Assembly: GCA_005223125.1 (NCBI GenBank)
Contig: NJBH01000013.1
Span: 1 to 64,000 of the forward strand
Reading direction: 5' to 3'
Origin: Promethearchaeota archaeon Loki_b32
GTDB taxonomy: Archaea; Asgardarchaeota; Lokiarchaeia; Sigyniarchaeales; SOKP01
DNA length: 64,000 bases
In this document: positions 60,347 to 64,000 of the stretch, one piece after another
How the letters are laid out: every line of letters starts with the position of its first letter
Position numbering within the stretch: the stretch's first letter is position 1
Notes under the pieces: model-generated
What the model saw: only the letters and a program-made list of their open reading frames with translations
Databases searched by the model: none
What the model was told of the DNA's origin: nothing
Translations under genes and position numbers: made by a program

Positions 60347-61522
60347 TTGGACACCACTGTTAATATAAAAATATCTGTTCTTGGAGATGGAGAAGTTGGT
60401 AAAACTTCTATTATAAATGCATTCTTAGGAGAAGAAATACCAGATAGATATATGCCTACTATTGGTACTATAACACATAGGAAAGATTATAGAATAAAAG
60501 ATTTAGAAAAAGTTATAAGCATAACGCTATGGGATGCAGGAGGACAAAAGTCATTTAATCCTTTTAATCCAACGGTATACAGCGATGTAGATGGAGCTCT
60601 TTTAGTCTTCGATTTAACAAAGCCAAAGGAAACATTAATAAATTTAAAAAAAGAATTTTTAGAGAATACAAATCGTTATTCTGAAGAAGTTTTGATACTT
60701 TATATTGGAAATAAATTAGATCAACTTTCGAACGATAAACAAGTTAAAGCTTCATTAAAAGATAATATGACGAAAAGAGATAATTTATTTCTAATTTCCG
60801 CCAAAACCGGTGAAGGTGTTAAAGAATGCTTTGAATTATTGATTTATACATTTCTAAGAAAAGCAGAAATAATAGACCCTGACAAAGTTCCTACTAACAC
60901 TGCTGAAAGATTTCTGAATTTAATTGGTATGGATGAAAAGAAATTAAAAGCTCATTTAGTAAATTTAACTAATTTAGAAACTGCTTTTCAAAAAATTAAA
61001 CCAAAAACTAAAGTTAAAAAGGAAATTGCAGTTGAAAAAGAAAATAAGGATTTAAAATACTTTGAATTTCTTAAAGAGCAATTGCAAAAGAATGAAATTC
61101 AAAAAAATGATGTGTTTGATCAATTCTTAATAAACATATCTGAACTTGACAGAACAATTAAACATTTAAAAAAATCGCAATCTAAATCAGTTAAAGAATT
61201 AGTCGATAACTTAAAAGAATTTTTAATTACAGCAAAAATAGATTTTGAAAAGAATGTTGATTTAATAAGAAAGTTAAATTTAGAAGAATTTGAATTAGTA
61301 AAAATAATATTCAAAACAAAAGAAGAAGCATCAAATCCAGAAAGGAAAGAAATAAAAATTAAAAATAAAGAGGATAAGAAGAACATCAAACCTCAAGAAA
61401 AATTATACACTTTATATGAGAAAGAAAACCCAGGTAAAAAAGCTCTGTGGAGAAGTAAAGAAACTAAAGATTATAAAACCTGGAAAGAAAAATATGGACA
61501 AATTATGAATATCTCAAAATAA
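60347..61522 (+). CDS. Rab-like small GTPase with long C-terminal coiled-coil extension
   Basis: GDGEVGKTS, PTIG, WDAGGQ, GNKLD, SAKTG, then ~220 aa of charged helical sequence. Confidence 0.9.
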   Translation: MDTTVNIKISVLGDGEVGKTSIINAFLGEEIPDRYMPTIGTITHRKDYRIKDLEKVISITLWDAGGQKSFNPFNPTVYSDVDGALLVFDLTKPKETLINLKKEFLENTNRYSEEVLILYIGNKLDQLSNDKQVKASLKDNMTKRDNLFLISAKTGEGVKECFELLIYTFLRKAEIIDPDKVPTNTAERFLNLIGMDEKKLKAHLVNLTNLETAFQKIKPKTKVKKEIAVEKENKDLKYFEFLKEQLQKNEIQKNDVFDQFLINISELDRTIKHLKKSQSKSVKELVDNLKEFLITAKIDFEKNVDLIRKLNLEEFELVKIIFKTKEEASNPERKEIKIKNKEDKKNIKPQEKLYTLYEKENPGKKALWRSKETKDYKTWKEKYGQIMNISK

Positions 61523-61539
61523 ATTAAAGGTGATAAAAA

Positions 61540-62412
61540 ATATCTGAAGAAGTATCTGGAAAAGATTTTCAGAAATTAAAGGAGCAAGTAAATAAACTTA
61601 GTCAAAAATTAGATGATCAGTTAAAAAAATCCGAACAAAAAACGAATGAGCAGATAAAATCACTTGAACTAGCTCGAAATGAACAAGTTAATAATCTCGA
61701 AGAAACTTTAACTGATAGATTTAATAAATTAGAACAAAAAACAAAAGATCAGTTCACACAATTAGATAAGAAAATAATAGGGCAAGGAAATACAATTAAT
61801 AAGAAAATTGAAGATTTAGCAAACATGTTTGAAGGAGAATTAAAGGAGAAATTTACAAATTTAAATAATAAATTAGAGGAGAACTTCAAAACACTTAACC
61901 AAGAAATAGAAAATAATTTTAAAGTAATAACTCAAAAATTAAATGAAAATGTTAATGCTCTAGAAGAAAAAATAGGATCTCTATTAGGTAGAATAAAATC
62001 TGTAGAAGAAGATTTTTCAACTAAGTTGAAGATCCTCAATGAAGATTTCGAGATCAAAGAAGAAGTACTTAGAGATATATTTAAAAAATTCGAAACTGAT
62101 AATACAGAATTCAAGAATAATCTTAAACCTGTGTTGGAGACCCTTAAAAGTCAACAAGATTTAGTTAAAATAACTCTTGACGTGCAAAAAAAACAAATAC
62201 ACGAAAGTGCCAAAGAATGGATCAATGATGAAATAAAATTAGCTTGTAAAAACAAAGAAAGAGAAATTCTTATGAATTTATGGATTGATGAACTGAAAGA
62301 AATAATTGACAATTTAGATAAATTAAAAGAAATGCACCCAAAAGAATTAAAGCTTCATATTAATGAAATTTCAAGCGTTATCGGATTATTTAAACAGAAG
62401 TTTATAAAATAA
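61540..62412 (+). CDS. Coiled-coil/apolipoprotein-like repeat protein; probable ATA start (290 aa)
   Basis: Frame is open 95 codons upstream of ATG 61825 (ISEEVSGKDFQKLKEQVNKLSQKLDD...). GGTGAT at 61529-61534, 5 nt before ATA; in-frame TAA at 61534-61536. Confidence 0.8.
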   Translation: MSEEVSGKDFQKLKEQVNKLSQKLDDQLKKSEQKTNEQIKSLELARNEQVNNLEETLTDRFNKLEQKTKDQFTQLDKKIIGQGNTINKKIEDLANMFEGELKEKFTNLNNKLEENFKTLNQEIENNFKVITQKLNENVNALEEKIGSLLGRIKSVEEDFSTKLKILNEDFEIKEEVLRDIFKKFETDNTEFKNNLKPVLETLKSQQDLVKITLDVQKKQIHESAKEWINDEIKLACKNKEREILMNLWIDELKEIIDNLDKLKEMHPKELKLHINEISSVIGLFKQKFIK

Positions 62413-62542
62413 TACTCTTTTCAAATTTTATAGAAGGGAACTTTTAAATTCTAAAATAATTTAGAAACTGTTTTTTAAATAGTTATAACTATTTCTAAAT
62501 AATTATTGCAAAAGTAATTTAAAAATGCTCAAATGATAAAAA

Positions 62543-63502
62543 ATGAGCCCTGATATTATTTCTCTAGGGGAACTATTAGTCGAAATTATGCGTCCCGAAA
62601 AGGATATCTACCACGGGGTGCTTGGAGCTACTTATCGAGGTCCATTCCCTAGTGGAGCACCAGCAATATATATCGATTCTGCCGCTCGAATGGGTAAAAA
62701 ATTTCATTTAACTGCGGGATTTATTGGAGTAGTTGGTAATGATGAATTTGGAAAATGCATAATTGAGAAATTAAAAAATGATAACATAGATATAACTCAT
62801 ATTAGAATCACACAAGAGTTAACTACTGGAATAGCATTCAATCAATATAATTCCGATGGTTCACGTAAATTTATTTTTGCTAAAGGAGCTGCAGGAGAAA
62901 CCTCTCCGCATGATATTAAACCAGAATATTTCAAAGATATTAAAAATCTCCATATCATGGGAAGTGCTCTTTCTATTAGTAAGAAATCTCGAGATGCATG
63001 TTATAACGCAATTCAAATAGCAAAAGATATGAATCCAGATGTGTTAATATCATTTGATCCAAATTTTAGACCCGAAATGTTAGATATTGAAACCATTTTA
63101 GAGATTAGTTTGCCAGTTTTAGCAACAACCTCAATTTTATTTCCTAGTGGAGAAGAAGCGGAAATGCTTGCAAGAATAAAAGGACCAAAAAGAGCTTGTC
63201 AAAAATTGCTTGAAATGGGACCACAGATTATTGTATTAAAACAAGGAAAAGAGGGGTGTACCCTCTTTACCCCTGATAAACATGAAGGAAAAAGGGTAAA
63301 AGGTTTTAAAGTGAATGAAATAGATCCTACTGGAGCAGGAGACTCTTTTGGAGGTGCTTTTATCATAGGATTATTAGCAGGTTGGGATTTGGAAAAAATT
63401 GCCACTTTTGCAAATGCTGTAGGAGCCCTCAAGGTTGAGTTTTTTGGTCCTATGCCTAATACTTCATTTGAAGAGGTTATTGAATTAATAGAAAAGATTT
63501 AA
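62543..63502 (+). CDS. PfkB family sugar kinase
   Basis: SGAPA, GVVGNDEFG, FDPNFR, DPTGAGDSFGG. Confidence 0.92.
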   Translation: MSPDIISLGELLVEIMRPEKDIYHGVLGATYRGPFPSGAPAIYIDSAARMGKKFHLTAGFIGVVGNDEFGKCIIEKLKNDNIDITHIRITQELTTGIAFNQYNSDGSRKFIFAKGAAGETSPHDIKPEYFKDIKNLHIMGSALSISKKSRDACYNAIQIAKDMNPDVLISFDPNFRPEMLDIETILEISLPVLATTSILFPSGEEAEMLARIKGPKRACQKLLEMGPQIIVLKQGKEGCTLFTPDKHEGKRVKGFKVNEIDPTGAGDSFGGAFIIGLLAGWDLEKIATFANAVGALKVEFFGPMPNTSFEEVIELIEKI

Positions 63503-63941
63503 TGATAAATATGTCAATTAGCTCTGGTAAATTAATTCAGAGAAGAACTCTGGAATTTTGTAAGACATTAGAAAATTGGGTACTAAAAACGCAATAAAGT
63601 TTTACTGTTATCTTTCAATCCGGTCAAAAGACACAATAACCCCATTTTTAGAGATTAAATGAATTAAAAAAATATAATTTACCATTTAAACCATTTTCAT
63701 TTATAAAGTTATTCATTTATTTTGTCCTAATACCTAAATATTAAAGAGAAAAAATCAATATTTAAATATCTGGACTTTCTCTATTTCTTAAGAATCAAAT
63801 TTGATGAGCAAAATAATGTTCTATTTGTATCGACATCTATTTGAACAAAAAAGATTTTGCAATTGCAAAAATTAATTAAATTTTCATATTCTAATTCTAT
63901 ATTATAAATTTTCATAATCCAATAATCATAAACCTAGAAAA

Positions 63942-64000
63942 ATGACTGAAGAGCTTAACGGAGAAGAAAAAGAAGGTAAATCGGATAAAGAAACTGTTAG
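63942..64000 (+). CDS. Start of a gene running off the window edge
   Basis: MTEELNGEEKEGKSDKETV..., open to the end. Confidence 0.5.
   Translation, partial: MTEELNGEEKEGKSDKETV

Noticed and set aside
1011-63432. Numerous 60-125 aa ORFs overlapping long genes (e.g. 7646-7942, 9051-9428, 12669-12989, 35121-35432, 61120-61389)
   Set aside because: Antisense or off-frame shadows of well-supported genes, with no motifs of their own.
63503-63941. Possible small genes in the last intergenic region
   Set aside because: The frames I checked give only short ORFs (up to ~44 codons) with no recognisable motif.
1-64000. CRISPR array, tRNA/rRNA, IS or integrase
   Set aside because: No regularly spaced repeats, no GC-rich structured RNA islands and no transposase or recombinase motifs were seen by eye; a covariance-model search was not possible.

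Overview
AT-rich, gene-dense archaeal window that reads as Asgard archaeal (Lokiarchaeia-like). This assignment is inferred from a Loki-CTERM-type sorting tail, an actin-family protein, two Rab-like GTPases, two longin-like domains, MPN/PCI-like proteins and LRR proteins, mixed with housekeeping genes (guaB, purH, folD, thrC, polyprenyl diphosphate synthase, COG1202-type helicase). No rRNA, tRNA, CRISPR array, transposase or integrase was recognised. Main observations: (1) four genes appear to initiate at ATT/ATA behind SD motifs at 5-6 nt spacing; for thrC the catalytic lysine lies upstream of every in-frame ATG/GTG/TTG. (2) An actin has a double zinc-ribbon insertion and substituted catalytic residues. 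(3) A JAMM deubiquitinase-like/helical-repeat gene lies next to a tandem C2HC (UBZ-like) finger gene and a PCI-like gene. (4) Two cargo segments are flanked by direct repeats made of a gene 3' end plus downstream DNA, with no recombinase visible. (5) A 5'-truncated giant ORF (>2,280 open codons) is joined to an animal-like GH31 fragment at the left edge, a likely chimeric junction. (6) Clear palindromic operators lie next to GbsR-like and DtxR-like regulators. All family assignments are from motif recognition by eye, not database searches.
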